Source: Antedon mediterranea (taxonomy: Eukaryota; Animalia; Echinodermata). From it: a stretch of 64,000 nucleotides of DNA. Each line of letters opens with the position of its first letter. Position 1 is the first letter of the stretch. Of this stretch, positions 11,535 through 22,300 are shown piece by piece. The position numbers and the translations under genes are program-made. The notes beneath the pieces were generated by a model. It worked only from the letters and a program-made list of their open reading frames with translations, did not search any database and had not been told where the DNA came from. The stretch spans positions 27,266,795 through 27,330,794 of the forward strand of contig NC_092670.1 of NCBI RefSeq assembly GCF_964355755.1, written 5' to 3'.

Positions 11535-12116
11535 TGTAATATAACGATATACTGTTATATTTAAGAAATTGACCTTTGTATCGGAATTCAAATAGGTTCA
11601 CAAACTTGACCCAGAAAGTCCAGAGGAGAGTTTGTCCAGATGTTTTAATGACCATTTAGTTTATAATAGAGTCCCTAAAGAAAACACTTAGCTTAATTTT
11701 GTGACTTTCCCATCGTTAAACCAGGAGTGACTGACACTATTTAAGTACAGATTTGACAGTGTCATCCATCACAGAAATACCTTATTATACCGTTAATCAC
11801 TCCCACTTAAACACCCCTGGATCAACTTAGGACCAATCGTTACCCTCTAATATTACGTAGTGACATATGCAAATGAACTAAGCCAATATACTCCCAAGTT
11901 TCAGAAGGGCCCAGACACACCTCACAGCCACTTCTTCAGAAGCAGACCTACACACACCACACCTCACTGACAGCATCATTGATTGTCCGTTCCTTATCTA
12001 TACTTATAGTTGTATATTGTACTGAAGTATTATACTGAATAAACAATATATGTGTTACGACAGTCAAGCGAGTCAGAGTCTTCATTAGTACCTCAACAAC
12101 GCAACATTATATTACA
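11535..12116 (+). repeat. 3' LTR
   Basis: Direct repeat of 3537-4118; one substitution seen (G3882 vs A11880). Confidence 0.97.
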
Positions 12117-12430
12117 GTAGTAAGCGACCACCTCTCTTAACAACCACAACTCTCGTAAGCGACCGCTTTTTATTTTCGACCGCCTCTCGTAAGTGATGAT
12201 CTCTTTTAGAAGACCACCATATCTCTAAATGGACCGCTTCTCATAATATACCAACTCTTGTATAAATCACCTCTCTTAAGTGACCACTTCTAATGAACGA
12301 CCTCTCTGTTAAGAGACCGCTTCTCATAATCGATCACATCTCGTAAGCGACCACCTCCCTTATCGACCACATCTTTCGTAAGTGACCACCTATTTTAAAG
12401 GACCACTACCTCTCGCAATCTACCATTTTG
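12117..12430. repeat. Right half of the (CTCGTAAGCGACCAC)n repeat element
   Basis: Same motifs as 3286-3536, immediately after the 3' TSD. Confidence 0.7.
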
Positions 12431-12759
12431 GCTCACTAAAAAGTACCCGGTTTCCTTAATAGGGTGTCCTCTACATTTTAAAAATAAATAAATTTAACCA
12501 GTATGTAGTGTTAAAACGTATATATTTCCCCTTGTTTATTTTTTAAAAAAAAGTGGCGATTTTTATATCTACTCTGTCGCACATTCACCAAGCGTACACA
12601 ATAATTCTAGTAGGACAATTAATTATTTATACTTTTCAAGTTAGTTTTTTATTGCCTGAGTGAATTATTACCAGATTGAGGGCGTAGTTATTTTGTATGG
12701 GAGGCTGCACTCAATTTGAAGTTTATATGGGGGTATTTAGAATGTAAACACGGTACAAT

Positions 12760-12781
12760 CAGGGAGATGTAAATCTCCCTG
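12760..12781. mobile_element. 22-bp palindromic transposon footprint with 7-bp TSD
   Basis: CAGGGAGAT-gtaa-ATCTCCCTG flanked by GTACAAT on both sides. Confidence 0.65.
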
Positions 12782-13164
12782 GTACAATGTGACACGGAAT
12801 CATCACGGACTGATGGACATTTTTCATAGAAGGTATCTTTTCTCTTTTCAATATTCATTTATCATTGTCAAATAAAAAAAACTAGAAACATAGATAAATA
12901 TTAAAAGTTAATTAATCAGTTGTGCCCAGTGCTTGCCTTAAACGAAAAGTTAAAATATATGGAACGCCAAACTGTAATGTTATTATAATGCATTGATGAG
13001 AATGGTGATGTGAACTGCGGTAATAAATAATAAATAATATTAAAAAACAAAATAAAATTAAAATATTTAAAGAATCCATAATACAGTTTTAAGGTCAATA
13101 GTAAACCTACAAAGAGATTGAATATCATCAATACAATAAACACATTTTTTTTTTTTTTTAACAG

Positions 13165-13364
13165 TTGGAAAAAGATACGCGAAAGGTATTATTGGAAGGG
13201 GTCATTTGATGATGTTCGTAATTTTATAGCCGCCTGTGATCAGTGCAAACGGAAAGAAGTTTAAAAAAAAGCAAAAGTGCCACTTCAACCTATACCCGTA
13301 ACAGATACTGCTTTCAGACAGATCGGTATGGATATTGTTGGGCCTTTGGTAAAGACAGAAAATG
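13165..13364 (+). pseudogene. Ginger1-like transposase exon 2 (second half of HHCC, first catalytic Asp) with in-frame stop
   Basis: Poly-T tract + ACAG acceptor; manual translation WKKIRERYYWKGSFDDVRNFIAACDQCKRKEV*KKAKVPLQPIPVTDTAFRQIGMDIVGPLVKTEN; TAA at 13262-13264; phase matches exon 1. Confidence 0.85.
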
Positions 13365-13994
13365 GCAAGGTATCTCATGACAAATTACTGAAAAACAAAA
13401 ATGCTGTGACTGGATAAAAAAGCTAAATCAAAACGTAAAAGTAAAAAGCAAGAAGACATGAATGAAATACGTTCAGAAAACTCTGTAATTCATTCTTCAG
13501 GGCCTAAAATTACAGTTAATAATTAGTTCTGTTCGGCCTTTATTGTAATAGGGCTGAACTTAAATTTATTATTGTAAAGGCACAAGCGCAATTTCTGTGA
13601 GGTTTCTTGAAATTGTTAACTAAACTAAAATTATGACAGTTCTCTTTTTTACACTGTCAACAAAAACTAGATTTACCAAGAATCAGATGCTCTTATTATT
13701 GTCGCCGGATTTACATCGATTATGGCTATACAGTAATAATCTTTATTTCTGCCTGTTTTAATTTGATCCAAACCATGACTGGGGTAATACTGTTCAGCGC
13801 ATAGAGGTTTTACAACATTAGGCGCTATGTAAATCCACGATATTATTATTGTTCTTGTTCTTATTATATTTATTGATATTAATATTGTTATTATTATTGT
13901 TATTTCATTCGTACAGTTCGGGTGTTGTACATCTCATCATGACATTTTGATACTATTATTACGGCTTATTATATTATTATTTGCTGTGTTTCAG

Positions 13995-16090
13995 GTAATC
14001 GGTACTTACTTGTATTTACGGAGTACCTTACCAAATGGGTGGAAGCTGATGCAATTCCAGATAGATCTGCTAAAACAGTGCTGAGATCTTTTATTGATTT
14101 TGTCTGCAGACATGGAACACCTTCTATATTGATTACAGACCAGGGTAGAGAGTTTTGTAATGAGCTGAATGACAGCTTCTGTAAGCTGATTGGGGTAGAC
14201 CACAGAGTTGCCTCACCATACCATCCTCAAACAGGCGGGCAAACGGAGCGCTTTAACAGAACACTTTGCACAATGCTTATGACGTTGACCAACGCAGACC
14301 AAAATGACTGGGATATACAACTCCCATACGTGTTGTTTGCCTACAGAACATCCGGGCACAAGTCTACGAAATGTGACCCATTCTCATTAGTTTACGGTAG
14401 AAAGGCTGTGTTGCCTGTAGAATTACGTATTCCCATCGTTTCGTCTAATAAAGATGACATATCCGGAACTGTTCCTTTAAAAATAAGAGTGGACGCTTTT
14501 TTGAAACTCAAAGATTCAAGGAGAAGGGCATCAGAAAATATCAAAAAAGCACAGAAAAAGCAAAAACATTATCATGATGCTGGTGTTAAAAGCAACACGT
14601 ACTATGCAGGAGATCAAGTGCTCTTGCAGAATTCCAGAAATTTGTCAAGAAAGGGAGGCAAACTTAATGCTCGATGGACTGGTCCATATATTTTAGAAAA
14701 AGTCCTCACTCACAATACATATCGACTAAAAGGAAGAAGGGCTATTGTTAACGGAAACAAGATCAGACATTACAAGTCCGATAAAACAACCTCTTTGAAC
14801 TGTCCATCATCAAGCACTAAACAGAAATGTAATACCAATGATAAGCATCTCCCTCCAAAGAAACGAAAGCGAACGCCAGACATCCCACCTGAAGTAACGC
14901 ACCATGATAACAGACCTACATCCAAGAATGGTGATATCACACCGGATGATCACATTATTAACATACCTACATCCAAGAATGTTGATGATAACGATAACAG
15001 ACCTACATCCAAGAATTATGATATCACACCGGATGATCACATTAACATACCTACATCCAAGAACGATGATATCACACTGGATAATCACGATAACATACCT
15101 ACATTAGACAATGATAATGTCGCACCGGATGATGACCATGACAACAGTAGGCCTGTATCTGATAGTGATGTGGTATACCTCAACACGAAAACTTCAAGAA
15201 AGTTATTCTTTCCTGTCGATGCCAATTGGCAGCTTGAAAAGGCAGCACCATTTGGTATCAATGTCAAAAATTTTCACAAAACTCACTTAAAATGTGAAAT
15301 GGACAAGGCAGCCAGGCCTACTAAAGTTGTTAATATGAGAGGGGACGGAAACTGTCTTTTTAGGGCTTTGAGTTATATTCTCTTTGGTGTCCAGAACTAC
15401 CATGTAGTTGTACGGGATTACATACTAAACTATATGTCCATGAACAAAAACCTATTTGAAAAAATTGAATCCAGATTATTTGAACGATACGTGGAAGACA
15501 CGAGAATGGGGGAATATGGGACATGGGGTTCGGACATCGAAATCATGGCATTTGCGACCATGTCAAATACGAATGTTTATGTTTACAGTAAATATGGAAG
15601 AAGGAAAGGGCTTCCACATTATGAATGGTTGAAATATGCACCAATAAGTAATCAGTTTGGTGATTTAGTATCTGAAAGAAACATCTACCTATCAAACTTA
15701 TGTGCACACTTTGAGCCTGTCCTGGATGTAGACAAGAAAACTTATGACGCTGAATTAAAATACACTCGTACACCATACGCACCAATCAAAAACCACCTTG
15801 CACGGAAATACTGGGATATTGTATCCGATGTGACCCTCAATGCTGCTCTGGTAGATAATTACGAAGATGAAGCGGTAATGCGTTCCGAAGGCATTATGGA
15901 CGTTATATACGTATCTGAATTCACGGACACACATTATGACATTGAAGCAGTCAACCATCTAAAAGATGATATCGATCCAAATATATTCAATTTGCTTTGT
16001 GACATGGAACATTTTCCGGAAAGGATTCATCAGAGCAACAATGAAGTACCTGGACAATTATATGTTGATTCATACAACGTCACTCTTTAA
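13995..16090 (+). CDS. Ginger1-like transposase exon 3: integrase core, GPY/F module, repeat linker, OTU cysteine protease
   Basis: TTTCAG acceptor then GNRYLLVFTEYLTKWVEA...ITDQG...YHPQTGGQTER, WTGPY; OTU motifs GDGNCLFRALS, WG..EI.A, HFEPV; no RT/RNase H or LTRs belong to it. Confidence 0.88.
14905..15140 (+). repeat. Coding tandem repeats (PTSKN.DITPDDH) in the integrase-OTU linker
   Basis: Recurrent ACCTACATCCAAGAA and GATATCACACCGGATGATCAC units; frame preserved. Confidence 0.85.
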
Positions 16091-16204
16091 CTGTAGGCCT
16101 ACCTATGACCGGTAATCTCAACATACACAGAAGCATTAAATGGTGAAAAGGGTATTTGTTTACCTTATAGAGGTAAATTTCGTTAATGCTTTGATTTTTT
16201 ACAG

Positions 16205-16485
16205 GTGCTTCCGTCAAGAGGAGATTGTCGGCTTTGTCTGAAACTCATCGACGAAGAAATACCAATTGCATTTGTCGGACCAGAAAGGAGAACATAGATT
16301 CACCACAGCGGCTAATTAAAGCGTCACCATCTTTCATTGAATCAACAGAAGACGAATATCTGAGCATAAGTACGTCAAAGGCTCAAGGGGTCTAATGGCA
16401 GATAACAACAGATCAAATACAGTGTGTCCAGTGTAAACATGCAATGATGTGTCATGCGCCCTGCTTTGATCGCTACAAGGATTAA
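16205..16485 (+). pseudogene. Degenerate terminal exon encoding a Cys-rich zinc-binding tail
   Basis: TTTTTTACAG acceptor; CRLC in one frame, CVQC...CHAPCFDRY in another; internal stop and frameshift. Confidence 0.45.
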
Positions 16486-17129
16486 AAAATTAATTAAAAA
16501 GCAGATTGTATAAAAGAATAACGCGACTAAAGGTAAGGTAAAAGTACGTGAATTAGATTGTAAATAGTGTTTATTTTTATTGTATTTTTATGTTTAAAAA
16601 ACTTTTTCATATTTACAACTTATATGATTCTGTTTCATAATGTTATGCAATTTTCTTCTATAATATGTTTTCTTTGGTCAAAGGGGCACATACAAACGTG
16701 CAACCTACCCTCGCTATGATCATCAACCTTGACGTGGTAGCGAGGCTTGCGTGCTTCCAATGTATTGGTAGCCAGACCAATGATGATCAATAACAAAGTA
16801 AAATAAATACAAACACACTTACTGAAACAAGTTTTAATAGCAATAAATAAATAAATAAATAAATATTTTTCTGTAATTATTGTTCATTATTATTACACTA
16901 TTATTATTTTATCCTGTTAATATAAGTAATGATCAATGATATATAATTTATGTTTACAAAACTCGTTCATATTTACAACTCATTCTGACAAGACAACAAC
17001 ATTTAATATTTTTGTAATTCACAATTCATACATTTATTTGTAATGTATTCATGAATTTGCTTTTCCTTCATCCAATCTACATAGTAGATGGATGAAGCTA
17101 TTGTTCTAACCACGTGACTATGTAGCGTA

Positions 17130-17132
<3 letters not shown>

Positions 17133-17202
<70 letters not shown>
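17133..17202. repeat. (TA)n microsatellite
   Basis: Pure TA run; further runs at 17461-17500 and 25898-25928. Confidence 0.98.
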
Positions 17203-17206
<4 letters not shown>

Positions 17207-17313
17207 AAATCAGGCATAGAACATTAATTCTAAACCGCCCGGTAATATACTGAAATTTAATTAATTAATTTGAAACGATAAAGATGAGGAAATCTGTGAG
17301 AATGAGAAAAAGT

Positions 17314-17385
17314 CGCCCCAACCGAGACTCGAACTCGGACCGCCTGCTTGATATGCAGTTGCCCTAACCATTAGACCACTGGGGC
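17314..17385 (-). tRNA. tRNA-like sequence (SINE head or tRNA pseudogene; nominal anticodon ATC)
   Basis: 72 nt; acceptor GCCCCAG/TTGGGGC, A box TGGTCTAATGG, anticodon stem CTGC/GCAG, T arm CCGAG-TTCGAGT-CTCGG, followed by a T5 run; anticodon loop is non-canonical. Confidence 0.65.
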
Positions 17386-17456
17386 TTTCATGGTATTGTT
17401 CTTTAACTCGACCGGATAACGACCCTTTAACATTCTCGGCGTGGTACGGTTGGAAC

Positions 17457-17505
<49 letters not shown>

Positions 17506-17974
17506 ATTAATTATACACTTGGGAGACAATTTGGCGTTTCAATCTGATACTTGGGAGACAAATACTTTTGGGAGACATTTTGATGTCTCCCTAATGTTAA
17601 CATACCGTAAAAAACACCGTCTGCAGTTGTAACTTAAGATTTGAAGCAGTCTTTCTATTCAAGTACATGTCTAAACACTTAGAATAGTTGATTTTAGTCG
17701 TAGGGGTGTTTATTAATAAAATTAAACCCTATAAGAATAAAGGGGGTTATATGTCGTGTTGTATGTATATGACATTTGGTAGACATTCAGTATTTCTTGA
17801 ATTTTCAACAAAAAACGGATTATATGTTTAGCAAATTAGTTTAGTAATGTTTCCTTAATGATTCTAAATCTGGAAAATTTGCTATACCTGAAATTTAAAA
17901 TAAACATTGTATTTATTGAAGTTTAATTAAAACAACACCATCATCAGGCGAATTAAAACTTTGAATTCAAAGAT

Positions 17975-18065
17975 CCCACTCCTCCACGCATGCGCAGTGT
18001 GCATGCATCGGGCGGCGCGCGAAGCGAGAAGAGGATCGGCGGGAAACGAGCCGTGGGGTGGTAGT
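17975..18065 (+). promoter_or_regulatory. CpG-rich promoter-like patch
   Basis: Local GC/CpG island with NRF1-like CGCATGCGCA, upstream of the spliced ORF. Confidence 0.5.
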
Positions 18066-18109
18066 GAAAAACTTTTTTGATGCTTGGTATGCATAAATTA
18101 ACTACTAAT

Positions 18110-18850
18110 ATTTACTAGGCTAGTTTGAATAAAATAAAACAACTAACAACCAATAATATACAGGTCTATTAAGGCTAGTGAGGCTAGGCCCGGGCCAGCG
18201 AGAGGGTCTACAAACAAGTACCCTTATTCTATACGATACGTCGTCTAGGCCTAGGGCTAGGCCTAGGCTCTAGGGCTAGGTAGGCCTAGCCTATTATGCC
18301 AAGTAGGCCTAGGTAGGTAGGCTAAGCCTAGGCTAATAGATAGGTAGGCCTATAGGGCTACTACTAGCTAGCGGGAGGGGCCTTATTAGTTAGGCCTTGC
18401 CCTAGCCTAGTCTAGCCTAAAAAGAGAGTAGCCTAGCCTAAGTAAGGCCTACCTAGGCCTAGCCCTACTCCTACTACGTACTAGTCTAGGCCTAGCCTAG
18501 GCTATATAATAATAAGCTTAGAAGGTTAGTTAAGGACTCCTATGCCTACTAAAGGTTATAATAAAATAGGCCCTCTAGGCCTAAACCTACAAAAATGTTG
18601 ACATTTACAATGTCAAATTCAAAAGGATGCCTAGCTAGAAGAGTTATAAAATACAACTCACTCTACTAAGAGCTAGGCCTACCTAGGTAGACCCCTACTA
18701 AGCCTAGAGTAGGCCTACCCTATGCCTAGGCTACTTTCTACTTCTACAGGCCTAAAGTAGCCTAGTAGTAGGCACTAGTCTAGGTTAACTTTTAGAGGGT
18801 TAGCCTATTTTTTAGGTAGCTATGCTTAGTACTCTAGTCTAGTAGAAGTG
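18110..18850. repeat. TAGGCCTA-rich low-complexity tract
   Basis: Dense TAGGC/GCCTA/CTAG motifs. Confidence 0.85.
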
Positions 18851-19341
18851 GTAGGATATGAGCCAGGTTTTCTGTGACTTTTTTTTATGATTCTCATTCA
18901 TATGGATTATGGGGGCTATGAAGGCAGTACATAGGCAAGTACAGCACTTCAAAGTGCTGTACTTGCCTATGTACTTGTTTGTCTGTTAAAGATAGTCTTT
19001 AGGTTTACCATCTCATAAGTCATACCCTCTAAAAACTGATGTGCTTAGTAACCTATACTAGTACTACACAGACAAGCATATTGTATAAACTGTATAAACT
19101 AAGTAAGCCTAAATCTACTTTAACCTTACGTTAAAATGACAGTCAATTCTCAGCTGTATCACAAATTTCATTTTCAATTTCAAATAATTTTCCCTCAAAA
19201 CAGATGTAATGTTATTAGCAAGTGTACTCACTCAATGCTTGTGGTATACATTGTGTACAGTAAATAAGTGCATTTTGATTTTATAGCTATTCAAATTCTA
19301 GTTTTTTTTAAACTCTAGGAAGGTAATCAATCCTGAAACCG

Positions 19342-22300
19342 ATGGCACTCTCTTTTGAAGATGTGTTTAGAGATTTAAAGAAATCGTAAGTACACATAAT
19401 ATGAATTATATACACTAACGCCCGTATTCTTAAACCGGACTTTAGTCGTAGTTCGAGCTAAAACTTTAAAAATGACGTCATTTTAATTCATAAACCGAAC
19501 TTCAACTAAATCGCCGACTAATTCAGGCCAACCTCGACTAAATCGAGACGAATTTTGATCGATTTTTTTAGTCCTGGAGGGGGAAGGCTAAATGGTCGAC
19601 TAAATGGTTTTTAAACGATGTTTATGAAAAACGTAACAGTCATCGAGTTGTTATATTGGCCAGATATTGAAAAATGAAAATATTTATTTTTATATTAGCT
19701 TAATTAAATATTGGTATAAGTTATAATAATGAAAATCATCTTTATTTACAACCGTAAACAAATTACATTATTTTCTTCGCGCAAGTCCGACTTGAACTAC
19801 GTCACGCCATAGCGACAATGGCAGATGCGGCAATTCACCACGCGATGGAATGTTTAGGGGGCCTAGCACTTTCTTGTCACGCGATGAAGTGCGTGGTTTG
19901 TCGCGATCATACTTTGTTGGGGGCCTAGAAAATATAAAAGTTACCGTACCGCCATGATTCCTGAATATATTTTGAATATTTTGTTTGTTGTTAATCAAAA
20001 GTACTTCACTGTTAAATTGATACTGATCTTGTTCTAATAATTAACGATTAAAATTACTTTTCATGTATATAGTCCTGATGCGTAAAAAGTGTTGTAAGAA
20101 AATGGAAAGTGATATCAATGCGCAAAATTTCGTCTGCTCCTTAAATACTCTTTTGTCATTGGCCAATGTATAGCCTTTGTTACGCAGACGTGTGCAACTC
20201 GACTAAAAGCTCGACTTCATTAAGTCGAACTGCAAACTTCGACTACTTCGTTTTTGAATCGAAATTGAAGTAATAGCTCGAACTACGACTTTTTCAAGTC
20301 GAACTTCGAACTACAACTAAAGTCCGGTTTAAGAATACGGGCGATAGGGTTGATACGAGGCCTAATTCAATTATTTCCATTAAGCTTATTGATTACGTTT
20401 GACTATCATCAAATCGTTGACTTTAATTGAACTTGACTCAAATTAATAAAACCCATGTCTGTCTGTCTGTCCGGGTTTATTGAAAGACTAGGGGTTGCAC
20501 GATCTTCAAACTAATAAGTAACCCTGAGGATATAGGTGAGTATGAATCTGATAAATGATGTTTTAAATTACATTTGAAACTTGCTCTGGAGTAGGTATAC
20601 TTACTGGTAGATAAAAAACATTATTACTGTATTATTATACATTCCAGATGTGGCCAATTAAAAAAGTAGAGTTAGTTAATGTTTAAAAGTGACATTCAAA
20701 ATGGTAAGGTTGCAAATCTACAAATGCAAATATTTTCTGTACAATTAAATTCGGCTGACCTATGAATATATTAATCTAGTAATTTAGTTGAATGAGAATT
20801 TTACAACCATTTTCTGACTTGTATATTCTTTTTATTTCAGAGGTAGAATAAGGGATGACGACTCATCAAGTGATGAAGAAACGGCTACTATCTTGACTAC
20901 CACGGAAATGTAAATATTTACCAAATTGAATTGCTCAGTTTGTAATTTTTAATTTGCATTTCATTGTATAGCCCATTTTTCTAAAAAGTTAAGCTCTTTT
21001 TCAATGTTGAATTATAAGAATTTTCTTGATTTAGTCAGATTTAGCGTGAAATGTATTTTTCCGGGTGGTCAGTACTGAAGAATCCAATGTACAAATCACT
21101 ACATACATAGAAGTCTTGGTCCACGAATATATGAATAACAATTCTCTATGACTTCTTTGATATTTTACAGATGACAGGTTGATGGATTTGGAGGAGGAAG
21201 AGGAGATAATTGAGAAAAGTAAAAGAGGAAAAAGAAGGAAAGGTATGCAGAAATATGTGCTGTTTGTGTTTTAAATGTGGCTAAATATTTTTTAATTTGG
21301 CAAAAAGAAACCAAACCTTTAGTTAAATCTTTGTCTAGAGTATGAGCGACTCCACTACTACAATAGAGTACATAGAAACGTTGCACTCCCTCCACCCCCA
21401 TAAAGGGTCTGGTTCAAAAGTTTTATTACCAACCCAGATCTTTGCTCTTGGTACCCCAGAATCAATTTTTTGAAGGCAATTCAGATATCACTGAACAGTT
21501 TTGTTCACCATCTAATATGACTTAAGAATATATGAATAAATATAAAACAATTCTCTATGACTTCTTTGATATTTCACAGATGACAGGTTGATGGATTCGG
21601 AAGAGGAAGAGGAGATAATTGAGAAAAGAAGAAAAAGAAAGAAAGGTATGCAGAAATATGTGCTGTTTGTGTTTTAAATGTGGCTAAATATTTTTTAATT
21701 TGGCAAAAAAAACCAAACCTTTAGTTAAATCTTTGCCTAGAGTATGAGCGACTCCACTACTACAATAGAGTACATAGAACCGTTGCACTCCCTCCACCCC
21801 CATAAAGGGTCTGGTTCAAAAGTTTTATTACCAACCCAGATCTTTGCTCTTGGTACCCCAGAATCAATTTTTTGAAGGCAATTCAGATATCAACAGTTTT
21901 GTTCACCATCTAATATGACTTAGGAATATATGAATAAATATAAAACAATTCTCTATGACTTCTTTGATATTTCACAGATGACAGGTTGATGGATTCGGAA
22001 GAGGAGATAATTGAGAAAAGAAGAAAAAGAAAGAAAGGTATGCAGAAATATGTGCTGTTTGTGTTTTAAATGTGGCTAAATATTTTTTAATTTGGCAAAA
22101 AAAACCAAACCTTTAGTTAAATCTTTGTCTAGAGTATGAGCGACTCCACTACTACAATAGAGTACATAGAAACGTTGCACTCCCTCCACCCCCATAAAGG
22201 GTCTGGTTCAAAAGTTTTATTACCAACCCAGATCTTTGCTCTTGGTACCCCAGAATCAATTTTTTGAAGGCAATTCAGATATCACCGAACAGTTTTGTTC

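Larger units (their letters stand above)
3537..12116 (+). mobile_element. Full-length Ty3/Gypsy LTR retrotransposon
   Basis: Two 582-bp LTRs with TGTAATATAA...TTATATTACA termini, GTAG TSD (3533-3536, 12117-12120), PBS, PPT, intact gag and pol in PR-RT-RH-IN order. Confidence 0.98.

Noticed and set aside
14039-16090. Integrase ORF as part of a second LTR retrotransposon
   Set aside because: No RT, RNase H or LTR accompanies it; its upstream part lies in spliced exons.
17314-17385. Functional tRNA-Asp gene
   Set aside because: Anticodon loop and body differ from canonical tRNA-Asp; kept only as tRNA-like.
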